Shown piece by piece: positions 37,909 through 52,800 of a stretch of 64,000 bases of DNA. Within the stretch, counting starts at the first letter, position 1, and each line of letters opens with the position of its first letter. The notes below the pieces were generated by a model that was not told the DNA's origin, did not search any database, and saw only the letters and a list, made by a program, of their open reading frames with translations. The stretch is from contig OZ260666.1 of assembly GCA_965285935.1 (NCBI GenBank), forward strand, positions 14,632,001-14,696,000, written 5' to 3'. Both the position numbers and the translations under genes were made by a program. Origin of the DNA: Ophelia neglecta. Lineage: Eukaryota.

Positions 37909-38834
37909 AGCAAAGAGGAATCGAATGAGTCCAGCCCAGCGCTAGTATCCATTTCTTTGAATGAAGCAGCCTCAGCCGGAAATTTAGATGAATTGAAGCG
38001 TCTAATCAACCATGTGCTTATCCACTTCCACTTGATGAAATATGTCGGACCACACTTAATGATTCTGCTCGCAATGGACATACCAGTATTGTCAAGTTCC
38101 TCATCGAGAAGGGCGCTGATGTCAATTACATAGGATCTGATGGATTTCCTCCGTTACCTGGAGCTGCTATAAAAGGGCAACTGGATGTAATAAAATTACT
38201 TTGTAGAAATAGAGCGAGTCTACGAAACATTGACAAAAGTGGCCAAACTCCATTACATTATCCAGCACTTAAAGGAAACATAGAGGCAATGCAGACTTTT
38301 CTGGACGAAGGTGCTGACAAAGAAATACTAAATAAACAGAGAGAAACGCCACTTGGCGTCGCATCTGGTAAAGGTCAACTATTGTTTGTAAAAGATTTGG
38401 TTGAGAAGGGCGCAGATGTCAATTTCCCAGGATGTAAAGGCAAACCGTCCTTAAACTGCGCAGCCAAAAATGGTCATTTAGATGTTATACGGTATCTTTT
38501 AGATAAAGGTGGTAATATAAAGGAGGTAAATGAATTTGGTCAAACTCCACTGGGTTCTGCTGCAGGAAAAGGACAAATAGGAGCAATGCGAGTTTTTCTT
38601 GATAAAGGCGCCGACCTAAATCATCCTGGAAGTTCTGGTCAACCCCCACTTCACTGCGCAGCAAAGGAAGGGCAGCTAGACGCTATACATCTGCTTCTGG
38701 ACAAAGGCGCCGATGTGACCATAAAAAATAAATTGGGACTTACTTCAGTTGAAGTAGCTGCAAATGAAGGTCACTCAGAATGCGTTGAATGTGTCGTTGA
38801 CAAAGGAAGTACCATTCCTCACGCTGCCAACTAG
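37909..38834 (+). pseudogene. Second 9-repeat ankyrin array directly after the gene C stop codon
   Basis: In frame after TAA 37906-37908 it reads SKEESNESSPALVSISLNEAASAGNLDELKRLINH. A 1-nt deletion follows near 38014, then a frame open from 37992 to 38834 holds the remaining repeats. Confidence 0.8.
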
Positions 38835-41800
38835 ACCCGCGCCACTGCGGTACGTTGGTGTGATTGTAAAACTGCACTTTGACAGCCCTTTGTGGGAACT
38901 TTATCACCATTCACTTGTTGTGTATTGTGGCTTAACAGTAGAGTCAAGAGGAAAAGCGATACCTTTCAGCATTCAAACTGGCTTGGTTATGCACAGGTGT
39001 AGGTTATACAAAAGCCTCCTATCGGATTATTTGGGCATACCTTTTTATTACACGATGTTAATGTCATAATGTATCAGCAGTAGGATAAAACATTATCATA
39101 ATTATGATAATTAAAATATTATATGCAAGGCGTTGTTTGCACTAACCTTCTTTTGTGTTCTCTTTGTAGCAGGTGGATTAAAATGTAAAAAGCGTTAATT
39201 CTCCGAAAATTGAATTTGTAGCTATATTTCAAATACACATGCCAAACATAATATAGCCCATGTTTATGGACATTTGAAAAGGCGAGCCAGTATTTGGTAT
39301 GGCACCACAAAAAATGTTTTTTGTTTAAATGATACAGAAAACAATGCGTTATCAGACAACACCTTTGTGTGTGTAATCTTCGGATCTACATCGATGTGAC
39401 TAGGATATGAGCAATAATGCCATAATTATCTTACTGTAATGTGAAGAGAAAGAGCAATAGGAATAGGTTGTCGCTTCCAAACAGGATTGGTGTTATACAG
39501 CTCTACGTTATATACAATATCACATTAATAATACGAAATATGTTTTTTTGGCCGATTGAGCAACCATTTAAAATGTTGGTACATTTGTAGCTTTTTAATA
39601 ATGGTACAACTTTTATGTTGGTTTTGTGCCGGAATATTTTGGTATGATGAGGCGTTTTTTGTACTATATGATGTAAAGTGTTTTTTAGTAGTCTGTATTC
39701 TTTTGTCTTTGTATCACCTTCCGTCTGGTATGACGAGCGATGTTGCGTTTAAAATTTCTTACTTCGTAAGATGCGCTGGTGTCACAGGGTGATGCTGCTA
39801 TGCAGTGTCACTGCCCTGTTAACACAACATTCAAACAGTTAACTTGCTATAACGGGTATATTTTGTTGTTTGCTTGCTTATAAAAGGGGGATGGAAAGTT
39901 CCTGGTTTATTCCACATCATTTATTTGTTTTTGCATTAGACTTCATATTGTGAGCATGAATATGTGTATATTGAGCCAATGTAACGTCATATGCCCGGTG
40001 TGTTATCCTATATGAAATAAACCATTTATTGCACTAGTATTTAAAGTATGGTATTTACTATTTTTAGAAGAAAAATAAAATCAATGAATGATAATGTTTA
40101 TAATTTTCGTCGTCTTTATGAACTGGGCATAAAATTAATCCATTCATCCTAGCAAGGGATCACGTGATACAATATTAATCGCCATTCAATTGTACTTTTA
40201 TATAGCCGATATGCAATAATGTGGTGGTATGATGTTTGTGGAGGGCAATACCAATTCTTAGTCATAATCATACCAATTCAAGAGCATAGTTTCTGCGTGT
40301 CCAGGTTTTTCATAGTTACCGCAGGAGTAGCTTGTTATTTTGTGCATCAAAATTTCCTTAGAGAATTAGCTCTCTGAAATGTTAGAATTAAGTAATAGTC
40401 TTAATAAACGAGGCCTCTACACTCGGCGCTGTGTGCGCTGTATGCCTGCCCCTTGAGGAAAACAGGGAGAGGTGTGCGACTGAGGCCAGGGATGGGTTTT
40501 GCTAAGGTTCTCCCGCAGGGCCGACAGCATAGTGCCGAATACAGGGACTCAAATAGACACAAGACAAGATAAGGACGTGAAAGGTCCTTGTACATTGAAG
40601 AGAAAATTGGTTTTAAATCCCCTTGACTGTGCAAAAAATGTTAACTTATAAAGTTAACCAACTTCGTTTTTATTGTAAATGAACACGTGCATCTGACATA
40701 TATGATATGACTTCAGTATGAAAAAGATGCGCAAGGCGCCAAGCCCTAGGATGAGCGGTATATTTCACTTAAATTACGCGTTATTATGCAGAATCTATTT
40801 TCCCATTTATTAATTAGGATTCCAGTAAATCACTGAGAAAAAAATGTCTTTTCAATGGTGGTTTTTGTGATCGATCATAGTCCCTATAGCTGTAGGACTA
40901 TATCTAAACCCCAAATATTGAACCCCCACACCCAAAAACATCTTTCATCTCAATTCGTGAATCGAAATTCCCTTGAACATTTCTGACTTTACGTTTGCTG
41001 TCTTTCGTGATTAAAAAAGACTGTTGACATGAAAGCCTACTTGGCAATTGCTCATTTGTTCAGAAGTCGACTATCGTGCATGGTACTCGTAAAATGTGAC
41101 AGGGGAATAGAAGAAATTTGCTATTTAAGTGTTATAAAGTATCAACCTCACTGATTTCTAAATGAAAGTGCTACCGGTGTGTAATGCATTGTAGAAAAGC
41201 TTTTGCAAATTACTCGTATAGACTTGTGTCATTCAGTATAGCATCCACTATGGTACAATAACAGATGAATCCACAGTCCCTTTTTAATAACACCGCCGCA
41301 CTCAAACACGTTTAAATCATTATCCTATGAATTTTAAGTTTCTGGTTCATGGACAGATAAGATCTGGACTGATATCCATGCTTGATTAAATAGCATGAAT
41401 GGTAAGATCAGTAGCAGTATCTTCTGGTTCTTCATTGTTTGGTGCAGTTGTAGATTGGTTATGCTGTAATAACCTGGATGGCTACATGTCAGGGTCACAT
41501 GTTATAACTAACTCTTGTGGTTCTTCACACTCCCCAGAAAAGTTTTCATGGTCAGCGTGGTTTTCAAACTGATGAAATAATTCTGAAAGATTGGATGGAG
41601 TTAAACACGATACAGGGTCATTTACAATCATGGACGATATATCTCTTTGATAACTTTTCTGTTTTCTAGCAATTTTGGCCTGTTTTGTTTGCCGCCACAT
41701 CTCCTGTAAAAGAAGGTTCACTTTTAGCAGAGATTCATTGCTAATTATCTTTTATTTTCAATAAAAAGGTAGTTAAACATTGAAAAGTTTCCTCATTATT

Positions 41801-43942
41801 TAATTAACGTAAAATTTGATAACTCACCGACCTAAATTGATTAATGTTCCAACTTCACAGTGGGTTATCTCGTAGTATGGACATGGACCAATTATTGCAG
41901 GTAGCGTAAAAGTTAAGAAACTGACGAGTACGGATTAAATCTGTGTACAATTTATTACAAAAAATAAGGTACTAAGTGGGTTCAAAGTGCAAAATGACAC
42001 TGATATGGATGTGCATATTGGTACAAATACCTCTATATCCAAACAGGAATTATTATTTTTGGTGAAAACAGCCAATATGCTTATCTAGCATTGATTAGCA
42101 AATATACTTGCCACGCCTTGGACTGGAATACAAACAGGGAAAGGACCAAACAGTGTTTGTGGCCAGGAATTCTTTGATACTTTTATAATACAAGGTACAT
42201 GCGGAGTGGTTAGGGTGTCCGCCTTGCAAGTGGTAGATCGGTGTTCAAATCTCGATCGCGTCAAACCCAAGACCTAAAAATTAGCCATTTCTGGGGTATA
42301 ACTAGGACTGATCTACTCTTGCTCATCGGTGACGGGAAGTTAAACGTTTATTCTGTCACTGGACGCCTTACATTTAGTGCCGCAATCCCTAGCTTTGCAG
42401 AGATGACTGTTTAGATATTTGAACACTTGCCTATGGTGTCTTCTTACTTCAATCACTTTTGTACATTTGATAGCGCTAGAATGATCTCAATCCCGGCCCG
42501 CCACCCCACAATGCCAAGCCGTACCCATCCATTGGATAAACATGACGTCAATCCCAGTGACACAAGAGCGCCCGCCACCCCACAGCGGACCCCCAAACTT
42601 GCCTACACCATTTACGAAGGAACTTTATTAAGACACTTCTAGAACCAATTTGACTGATACCTTGCGTCGTACATATTTATAGATCAAAGAAGCAAAGTCC
42701 ACGAGACTTGTAATTATTGTTGTATTCTTAAACTCAACATTCTAGTACAGGTAGGTACACGACAATTGAAAGGAGTACACAATTGTAGTTCGAATATACC
42801 GAAGATTAATGCAGTACACGTAAGTATATATAGGTACACATACACGTAGATACATCGTAGTCTAAAGCTACACAGTGTAGGAGCAGATTTACAGTGTACA
42901 GCTGTGTAATCATTCATAGTTAGCCAATGCAGATTGAGCAATTACGCAGCAATAACACAATCACGTTATTGCCAGTACACTGTATGCTTCCATACTGTGA
43001 CCTAGTAGGCCCACAACTGCTTTGTAGTAGGCCCACAACGATGTTCCCCGGGGCAACGTTGTGCCCCGGTGCACAAAGTCGCCCCAGGCAACGTGGTGGC
43101 GTACTATGTCTATTCACCGATTTATTTGGCATCTCTAAACATTTATAAATCATAAGATTACATTTACAGCTTAAGCGTGATTATGTGTTCTATTCTACCA
43201 CCTGTTTTCTGACATGAAATTTATTCTTCTTCACCATGGTGATTATCGCTCACAACAGACCTCAGTACAAATACCGTTGACATTTTAATGCTAATATATT
43301 TGGAGCTACGGCGACCAATAACATTGTATTATTCAATATTCATGGAATTAAAATGCTCTGAACTTTTAAATTAAGCCTTCTCAATTTCAATTTCTATGTG
43401 TGCCTACTTGCTTTTTGTATTACATGTGAATCCAGGGGAATAAAGTTGCTGAGGAAAGGTCTTGTTGCTTGTCATATAGCCAAAAGCTTCATACTTAAAA
43501 AAAAACCTCAATTGACAATTCTTAAATGTTATTTTTTCAGTCATAGAACAAGATGATGGGTTATATTAAGGTACGATACAAACTTATAATTATCTTCAAA
43601 TTAAATTATCGCCCTTCAAAGGAAAAGATAATGAAATTCATTACATAAGACGCCTAAACACATACTTAGTATATACAAAAATAAAATGGGTGCATGATCT
43701 TGCCCTCACTACTTGAAATAAATTGTTTATGGCAATATAAGGGGTATAAAAAAAACATCTGAAGTGATAATGGCCGTTAAAAGTATTAAGCTCAATCCCT
43801 TGCACTATCATTAATCACACCCCGGTGACCTGTGAGGATCGTAGTAGTTTTCCATGGTAGTTTTCCACAAACCATGGCAGAGCACCAGCGAACTCACAAC
43901 AAAAAAAGTAATGTTATTTGATTATAAGTGTGTATTAACAAT

Positions 43943-46900
43943 CTAATCGCCGTTTTCGTACCATTTATAGGTCATTCGAGGTCGGTCGTGTTTCGGCTGG
44001 GAAGTGGATGTGACCCTACATCTCATCTTGAAACCTTCCTGCTCGATTCGTGCTTGAACTGGTTCTCCTGTACAATCCAAAATATTCTAGTTGTGTACAA
44101 TGTTTTCAAAATCAGTTAATAGACTTACAATTGTATAGATATAGTGATGCACACTACAAGGTTTCTCAGTTGTCTAAATGCTAAGTATAGACGACACTAA
44201 GGTATCGATCGCCAAATTATGTTATAATGCTTAACGAATGAAAACATCATTGAATGACAATGTCTGCTAAAAAGTAAGACTACCTACCCCATACAGAAAC
44301 AGTACCGTTTGTTACCACCTGTTCCGACTGTTTACATGTGTACTCTCCTGCGTCCTGTAAGGTGACGTTTATCAAAGTAAAACCAAATAGTTTAGCCCTG
44401 CTGTCAATGAACCCCTCAAAGACTTTCTGTGTAACATTGACTGAATGTTGATAAGCCGTTTTATGTATTTTAAATTTGGACAAGTGGAACATTTTCAAAT
44501 TAAAATTGTCTTCGCATTTCAAAGGCCGAGTAGTGTCTATATCTAGAAAGCTCCAGCGAAGCGTTGCATTTCCTGTTGTATAACTGCAGTTTAAGCGCCC
44601 GTCTGAAAACGGTGGTAATAATGAGACTACATACATATGCGACCATGTGTTTGTTTCGGGAAGAGAGCGTAATATATATAATAAAATTATAATTATTTAG
44701 AAACAATTATACTCAAGAGTTGGCACCGGTAAAGATATATACAAAGGCGTTTAATAGTTAACATTGCTTTTTTGTTCAAATGTATATTCATATACCTCCT
44801 GATTGGGTGGTTCCAGCCACATCCGGTGGCCCCTGCGTAAAATGTTCAGCCATCAAAGTCGTTTCCATTGGTTGACCTACAAAATGTAATAATACTATAT
44901 TGATACATTGCATGCGTGCATTTCAAAATGACGTCACCTCTAGCGGCTCGCCATCTAAACCGAACTGAATGGAACCGTTATTTCCTTTTTATTTCAGCGA
45001 CTAGTTGATGATTGTTGCATTGACTAGCACGATTCACAATGTTAATATTACAATGGTTAGTTTTTTTTCGAAACCTGGTGCCACTATGAAGAAAAATCTT
45101 CAATGACTCATTCTTGGTGCCTATATACTAACAGAGTGGATACCGGGTATATAACCATTTTTTAGTTATTAAGGCTAATCCGGCTTTTGATTAAATGCGG
45201 AGGCGCGGAGCCTTGCGGAGGTAAATCCCCAAATTAGAACAGAGCACTAGACCTATCAAACCTGTCCCTAACCCTTCCCCTAACCATAAAATTAACCCTC
45301 CGTCCTAACCCTTTCCTTGCTGACGATTATATGCTTCATGCCACTAAGAAATACTCATGACCTCCGCCTCCGCATAGCCTCCGCACCTCCGCGTTTAATC
45401 AATAGCCGCTAATCCTTACGTCGCTCCGATTACAACGCACTTTAATGAGGCATTGGTCCTAGTATAATATGATAAAGCACAGTATACGATGAACTTGTCC
45501 CCCTATGTATGTAATGATTACAGATGAATCTATTCTCAATTCGATAACGGAAAAATGGCGTTTAATGGTCCTAAGTTCTGAAACGGAGTGAATTTATAAC
45601 TTAAAGATCGTGAGTGCATACCCGACAGACACAGCTAAACATTAATCAATTCTAGTCCATTATATTGACCACAAATCACCAGGAACCTACAGTTTCAGGC
45701 AGCAAACATAAAAAAAATGATATCACATGTGATGAGTAGTATTCAAACCATTTTCCATGATGCGAGCTATAACACTAAAGAGTGTGTCAGTAGTAAAGTA
45801 GAGCAGCGATGAAATATGCTCAAGGGGATCCTAAGATAAACAAAGCCGTTTCATTGTGGTGAGATTATGGATAAATCTTTTATCTCTAAAACACATGACC
45901 AGAGCAGAAGGAAGTCCCTACATACTAAATTTTGAAAGGGTTTTATATCTCGTTAATATTGTAACCGAACATTATCAGTATGAATCAGGTTCTCATGGCC
46001 CCATGCCATATGATGAGAGTAGGTTGCCTAGAGCCACTGGCTTCTTTTGCTGTCTGGTTGCTGAAATAATGGCAATAAGACCGTACTTCACCAGTCTAAA
46101 AGACAGTCATCGATTGTACGGGGACTAATCTATTGAGTTTTCAAATCTTAAGAAATGGTCCACGATCTGCAATTAACTCTGTTATTTACCATATTTTTAG
46201 AACTTTTTCTGATGATTTCACTGTGATAGCTTCGAAGAAAGGATGATATATGAGCAAAATTTGCATAAGAATCCGTGGTTTTGATGCTGAATGGGACAAT
46301 CGTTATGCATTCAGTTGTCAGAAGAAGAAAATATATGACACAGTATAGAGCAATACAAAGTAAACATGGTGGATTATATGAACACGGATGGTATGAATAC
46401 TAAACCAGGTTAACGAGAGATATGGCCCCGTACAGCATTAGAAATTGCAACACTTAATGTACGCTATCTCCCTCTATTTACACGACCTAAATACGACAGG
46501 CCTGTCGGTTGACACGTGTTCTTAAGCAGGATATACAACAACAGTATATTTATTAAGTGGATTACCAGCTGTTCATGCTGGTGAGTGGGAGATTAGAGAT
46601 ACTTCAAAATACTCCGCGCTTCATAGTTTATATTGGGATCAAATTAAGCGGACAAATCTAGGGCAATATATTTACTCTAAAAGAATTTCAGCACATATTA
46701 TTATGCACTCGACAATTGCATATTTTGGACTTGACATAAATTGCAAAATGTGCCGCATAACACCCAAACTGATAAAGAGATGGCATTGGCAAGACGCACA
46801 ATGATAATGTGCTTAGTGTACTTACTTTTCGAAAGAACATTTTCACGCAGCGTAAAGAGTATCACTCCGATTAATACCAGTCCAGCTAGCGTTGACGTGA

Positions 46901-48077
46901 TGATAAACCCAAAGGCTTTCCCCCTTATCTGACATCCTTGCCTTCTTTGCATTCTGTACTCTTCCGATTCTCTTGATGGCTCGCCTGCCTCATAATCTGT
47001 ACAAGGTTGGGTAGCAATCTCCAAAATGTTCAGGGGTATGGTCTCCGTGCTCATATCCTTACCCTCGATTGTGGGTAAATTGTGTTCATCTCGCGATGTC
47101 CTGGGCTCTTTGATCACTGTCGCTGAGCGATCAGAGTTTGGTTTAGACCGTGTTAAATGCGGATGTTCCTGCTCTTCTGAATGAATATACGTAGTCCCTT
47201 TGTTCGTACAGTCAGAGGAGTCGGCAAATCTTGGCATTCTGTTTCCTGGGTCTTGGTCCAGTTTGTTTGGTGTTAGTACTGAAAAATGTACCATAGGGGA
47301 ACTTTCCAATGTATGTTTACATTGTGTCTGATATTTGGATCCTTCATCAGTAGTATTAGGACAAGCGGTCTTTGCCGCTACCGATTTTACCGCTGTGCTT
47401 TGCTGCCCATTGGTGTCCATGGAACCATCTTCAGGACCCAAGGAGCCCTTATCTTGGTCCACACCCCTCAATGCCTCCTTTGAATACTCTCGCCTTTCCG
47501 ATGAATTGATGACAAGAGTATTAGAAACCAGTCCGTCATACCTTCCTATCAATCCACTCTTTCCCTTTGACGGGTTTTCTTTGGATCGAAGGTAGTTCTT
47601 CGGATCGTCCGATGATATAAGCCCAAGTTCCGAGATGTCAGTGTTTTCTACTTCAGCGTCCTTTCGCCCTTTGCAAGGGTCATTGGTGGTTTTCACATAA
47701 GTTTGTTCTTCGCGATCAGTGTATGCTTTATACCTACTATGTTCAACGGGTAGTGGGTTACCTTCTTTGCAGGGGAGAGCAGATGATTCCTCTCCATTTG
47801 TACAATCCTCAGGCCAACTGTTTTCTACGGGAATTTTGTTACCCACTGTTTGTAAAGTAGGCGTTATGTTTGGTTGACGGAATGGACCATCTACAACAGT
47901 AGGTCTTTCAGCGAATACATCATAATCCTGCTCGCTTAAGATGGTCGGTGACAGTATATCTTCAACTCTGCCTTTCTTAATGCTCATGGGTACCACTTGG
48001 TCTCCTAAAGGTGTTGGGGTTCCCGGTGGTCTGCGACCAACAAGGTCCGGCAAAGAGAAACGATTCAGTTTATCCAT
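43943..48077 (-). CDS. Gene B2: copy of B1 (type II Ig protein, same truncation)
   Basis: Exons complement(48077..46826, 44876..44796, 44602..44288, 44067..43943). Exon lengths and splice sites are identical to B1. Confidence 0.75.
45181..45408. mobile_element. 228-bp MITE with ~32-bp TIRs, 6-bp TSD and internal CCTAAC repeats
   Basis: Left end CGGCTTTTGATTAAATGCGGAGGCGCGGAG versus reverse-complemented right end CGGCTATTGATTAAACGCGGAGGTGCGGAG. CTAATC flanks both sides (45175-45180, 45409-45414). The empty site has one CTAATC at 5622-5627. Confidence 0.92.
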
Positions 48078-49863
48078 TTTATCGGGTGATATTTTTCTGC
48101 ATAAACTAAGAAGACGTTTTCTATCTGCACTAGGTAGCACGACAATAACCCGTCTGACTCACCTACTGCGCATATCGAGATATACAATGTCTAATAAGTA
48201 TGATATCCTTACCAATTTTGGGAGCATTTATTGTGTCAATTTGGTAAATGATGTTCATATATAAATTATTGGGTTTATCCAATGCGTCGGCGCAACTTTT
48301 GCGATGAGCCCACACATTTGGATATAAATTATATCTTTTTACCAGGCCATCATACCAAGGTTGACTCAATCCCCCGCTATTCTAGAAGAGATAACAGAAT
48401 GTGTTATTAATGGTAATTGAGGAAGATACGTGTCAAAATAATAGCTCATAGACCCAACATTAATAAATGGCCAGGTCACAGAGAACGTATGGGGTCCGAC
48501 ATTTTCTTTCTTTTATGTTAGTAACACAATTGAATCATAATGAACATATGGGGGCTAATGGTAATCTTTTGCCATTTTTAACCGAAGTCACTGTGCGTGG
48601 AACAGAGTAATTATCTTGGAACATAGTAATTATCTCCATTTCTTTATGTAGCTATTTTAAGATTAATGGACGTCTGTAGGTAAGTTCTGCCCGTATAATA
48701 CGCCCTTAGTATTACGATAGGAATGCTATATGTGATAATATTTATTCGTATGGTGAATAAAGTGCATTGATAATAAAGAGCATCCAGGCACGCATGGCGA
48801 TGTCATGTCGTTTGTAGCACAACAAGCTCTTCTAGCACTTAAAAGTTCAGATAGTGTCAAAGTACATATGTTTCGCCTATTCAGTGGAGCTGTCCATGTA
48901 TTCATCATATGATAAACAAGCTTACCCGTGGAAAATTTTCCATGATTTTAAGCTCGTTTGTTATATGACCGTATTTGGTTAAATTTACAGTAATAACCGT
49001 TGGAGGAACGAAACACATGTGGACTGCGGAGAGATACCAGTAAGATAATATTAAGTTTTTATTGATATGTATTGAATCTAAATACGCTATTTTAGCACCT
49101 CCATATAAGCTATGAAGATAAGTCCACTTAATTTGCAGGGGGGGGGGGGGCGGGATATGAGTTATGTATGAGATATGTAAAAACGAGAAATGTAATTAAA
49201 ACACACATAAAACTAGAAAAGGTCTTCTTACGAAAAGCTTGACCCAGACCAAAAGGCTTTTGCATGGCCAGTTGTTAGGGTACATAAATATTATAAGCTT
49301 ATATTACGATAAGGAACGGTCTTATGGAAAAAGCCAGTCGGTAAAACGTGACAATCACTAATTTGTACGAGTGAAATATTGATGTTTATTTTCGTGAGAT
49401 ATAATTATCACGAAAGATAGTGTTAGTGTCCTGAGTAGAAATGCTTGATTTGGTAAATGTTCCAAAGGTTTATATATTGTGTGCTTGGATAGGTCTAGGT
49501 ACTGCTATCGAGCAATTTTTTGGTGATATAATCGTGTGTACTTGATACTTTAAACTACCATGTTAATTACCATGCCTAATTCATGAATAGAGTTGGCCCG
49601 AGCGCACTTTGATATTGACAATTAGTTCAATGGCACTTATTGCACCCAGTCGGCTACCCTTATTTAATAAGCCTACTATTAACACAGATTTTGGTAATTC
49701 GAGGGCAATAACGATCTTCACATGACGTTGATTGTTGCTTTATCAGTCCTTATCAATGTATGGTATTTGAGTTAGCAATTTAGTGTTAGCTAACACTGTT
49801 TGATTGTACATTTCAGATACCATCTCTGTTGTCTTCTGCGGATTATGTATTTAAACTACGGTT

Positions 49864-52800
49864 ATGATGGCTCGCATGCATTTAACCTATGCGTTGGTGC
49901 ACTTGCACCTGCTTGTTACATTGATCAAAGGTTAGTCAATTTCCATAGTTTCTACTTTACCACATATGTCCTGCACCTCAGTTTGTTGAGCTACTTATCT
50001 TCCTCATCGAAAACAATTTTTTCTAGTAAGGGATTAGGTAAATTATTAGGATTCAAAAGGGAGACCAACTGCGCTCTTTTCGTTGCAGTTTGTCGATTGG
50101 TGTAGCACAACTTGAAGATGGGCTTCCTATGATTTATGTTTGTAACCTATTTTGTGGGTGTAATCCCCGAGGTACCAATAAAAGAAATGTACGCCTTCCC
50201 ATCTCGAAATATTGACACAAGGATTCCGCCTGGCCTCCTCTTTCGCGGCCATAATTTATTTTTGACGAAAATCGATATTCTGCCTAACCCTTTGATTCCT
50301 CATGCCAATATAAAAAAATAGGGTCATTTTATGTCTCTGTATAAGGTCTAGTTAAAAAGTTATGTGTATAACGGATATCGCTATGTCTGCGGAGTGTCCA
50401 CTCCCTTTGTTTCAAACAACTTTTGTACCTAATAATACTTCACCTATGGACTTATACTCAATTCTAAGTTTAGGTTTTAATGAATTTGTATTATATTGAA
50501 GCCGGGACACAAATCTCACGCACCATCCATGTTTGCGAAGGCGACACAATGAAGGTCAGCTTTGATTACCCGCATGGAAGGATGGGGGAAGCTACCTCGG
50601 TGCATGTAGAGCAGATAAAACCTATAAGCAGATACATTATTTATCAAGATTGGAATGAAAAGCCAACACCTGATGATGAGAGGGCGTGGATAGTTTGGAG
50701 AAAGACAAGCACTGGTGAACAAATCGAGGTAGGAATAAACCACATAACTCTGTCTGATGAGGGGAGTTACGTTATTGATGTTTACTCGGATGGCTATGTG
50801 GAAACATATATTTTCTCAGTAAAGGTTTTGAACAACTCTGGTGAGTAGTTTTTTAATATAGTTTCTGCTTTTATCTAGAATAAAATATAATAATTAATAA
50901 CATCTCTCCCCCCTTTCCTATATTTATATACATATATAAATACCATTCTACATCCATTTGGATGAATATTTTAATAAATATTTATTCAATATTATTTTGT
51001 CAGTTAAATCAAATTCCAATTTTGTTGCACACTTTATCACACTCAGTCTGCCCTGACCCTAAGAACTTGAGGCATCCGACAATCTCCTACAGACAGAAAC
51101 CATCCTCTATAATACGTTTATACAACAAAACGTTGGAGCTCCGTGAACCAAGCAATGTTACACTGTTAGTGGACATACCTGCAGGGCATCCTCCTGTAAT
51201 ATGTACAATAGCCACAGATAAGTCTCAACATACTTGCAATGGAAAGGTCAACATGACTTTCCTGTGTGAGGCTGAGCTCTTCTTGATATCGTCGGAACAG
51301 GAAATAAGAATAACCTTACATTTTATTGCTTACCGACCAATGACTACTAAGTTAGTTGCATTCGTCCTGGGTAAGGTTAATATTTGCATTAATAAATTTC
51401 TATATAAGATTATAAGGATTGATGGTACATTTTTACATAGATAACGTGATAGACAAACGTGCCGCTTTAAACGACAAAGACTGGGGTGGAACTAATAACA
51501 TAACACCATTGAAGATGCTACATGAAATCATATATTGTAATTAACAGAACATGATCTTCTGGAAGGCACGGAAATCAGCAAAATAAAAAATGAACATGAT
51601 AAACCATCACCAGCAGTATATACTGCACGGGAGACCAAGGCAGCTCAAATGACCATTGATAGCGTTCTTGTGCTTGGGGGTTTTGTTTGCTTGTTCCTTG
51701 TCATCGCCCTTACGGCAGGAGCTCTGGTGGTAAACCATAGACGGAGAAAAGAGAGAGAACAAACCAGTGTGGATCGATTCGAACCTCCACGTACCGCGGC
51801 ACAGGAAGAGGTACACCCCTGTCTCACCTTTCATACGACATTCAAATGATACTTCTACTGTTCTTAGGAACATTGTAGTATTAATTCAACACCTTAGTAT
51901 TAGTTGATAAATCATTTGCAATTCACTTCCACGATTGAATTCATCGCCAAAAAAGCATCCTATGAACTATTTGATAGTGTTGTCCAAATAGTTTTTTTAT
52001 TAGGGTTTAGTTTAGTAATGAATCATCAAAATCCATATTTCTGTGTTGAAACATGCATAAGCATACATTCAATTCAGCCTGTCGTATCTCAGACAACGTT
52101 TTACCTTGTTTTCTTTTCACCACATGTTTACCTTCTGTATTTGGTTAGATCGAAGAATGCCAGAATCTAGTCACTAATGACACGGACAAGCCAATCGCCT
52201 CAGCAGGTGATTGTTCCGTTTCTCAAATCATGGGTTCTGTAGACTTTAATACGGTACGAATCAGACTCCACAAGTTTCTGTTTATTCATTCTTCTACCAT
52301 TAAAATAGTCTTCACGCCTGCTTTTATCATGAAATCTTAAAACTTGGTAATTATAATTTGTTCTCCTATTTCCGTCTTCTTCATGTCATAGATCTTGCCA
52401 AATGAAGGATTTTCTCCTCTACACATCGCAGCTATGGCCGGAACTGTTGATGAAGTAAAGCGCCACTGTAGGGATGGTGCTGACCTAAGTGAGCTTGACC
52501 CAATGAGTCGGACTGCACTGGCTGCAGCTGCTCGCAATGGACATATATCTATTGTGCAATTTCTCATTGAGAAAGGCGCTGATGTCAATCACCCGGGCCC
52601 AGATGGTTTTCCCCCGGTAGCCAGCGCGGCAATTAAAGGTCAGACAGATGTAATTACTGTGCTATGTGAAAATGGCGCTGATCTCCGAATCATGGATAAA
52701 ACTGGAGAAACTGCATTACACTACCCCTCCATTAAAGGAAATGTCAAGCTTATCAGCTTACTTTTGAGCAGAGGAGCTGATTTGCAAATATTGAATAAGC

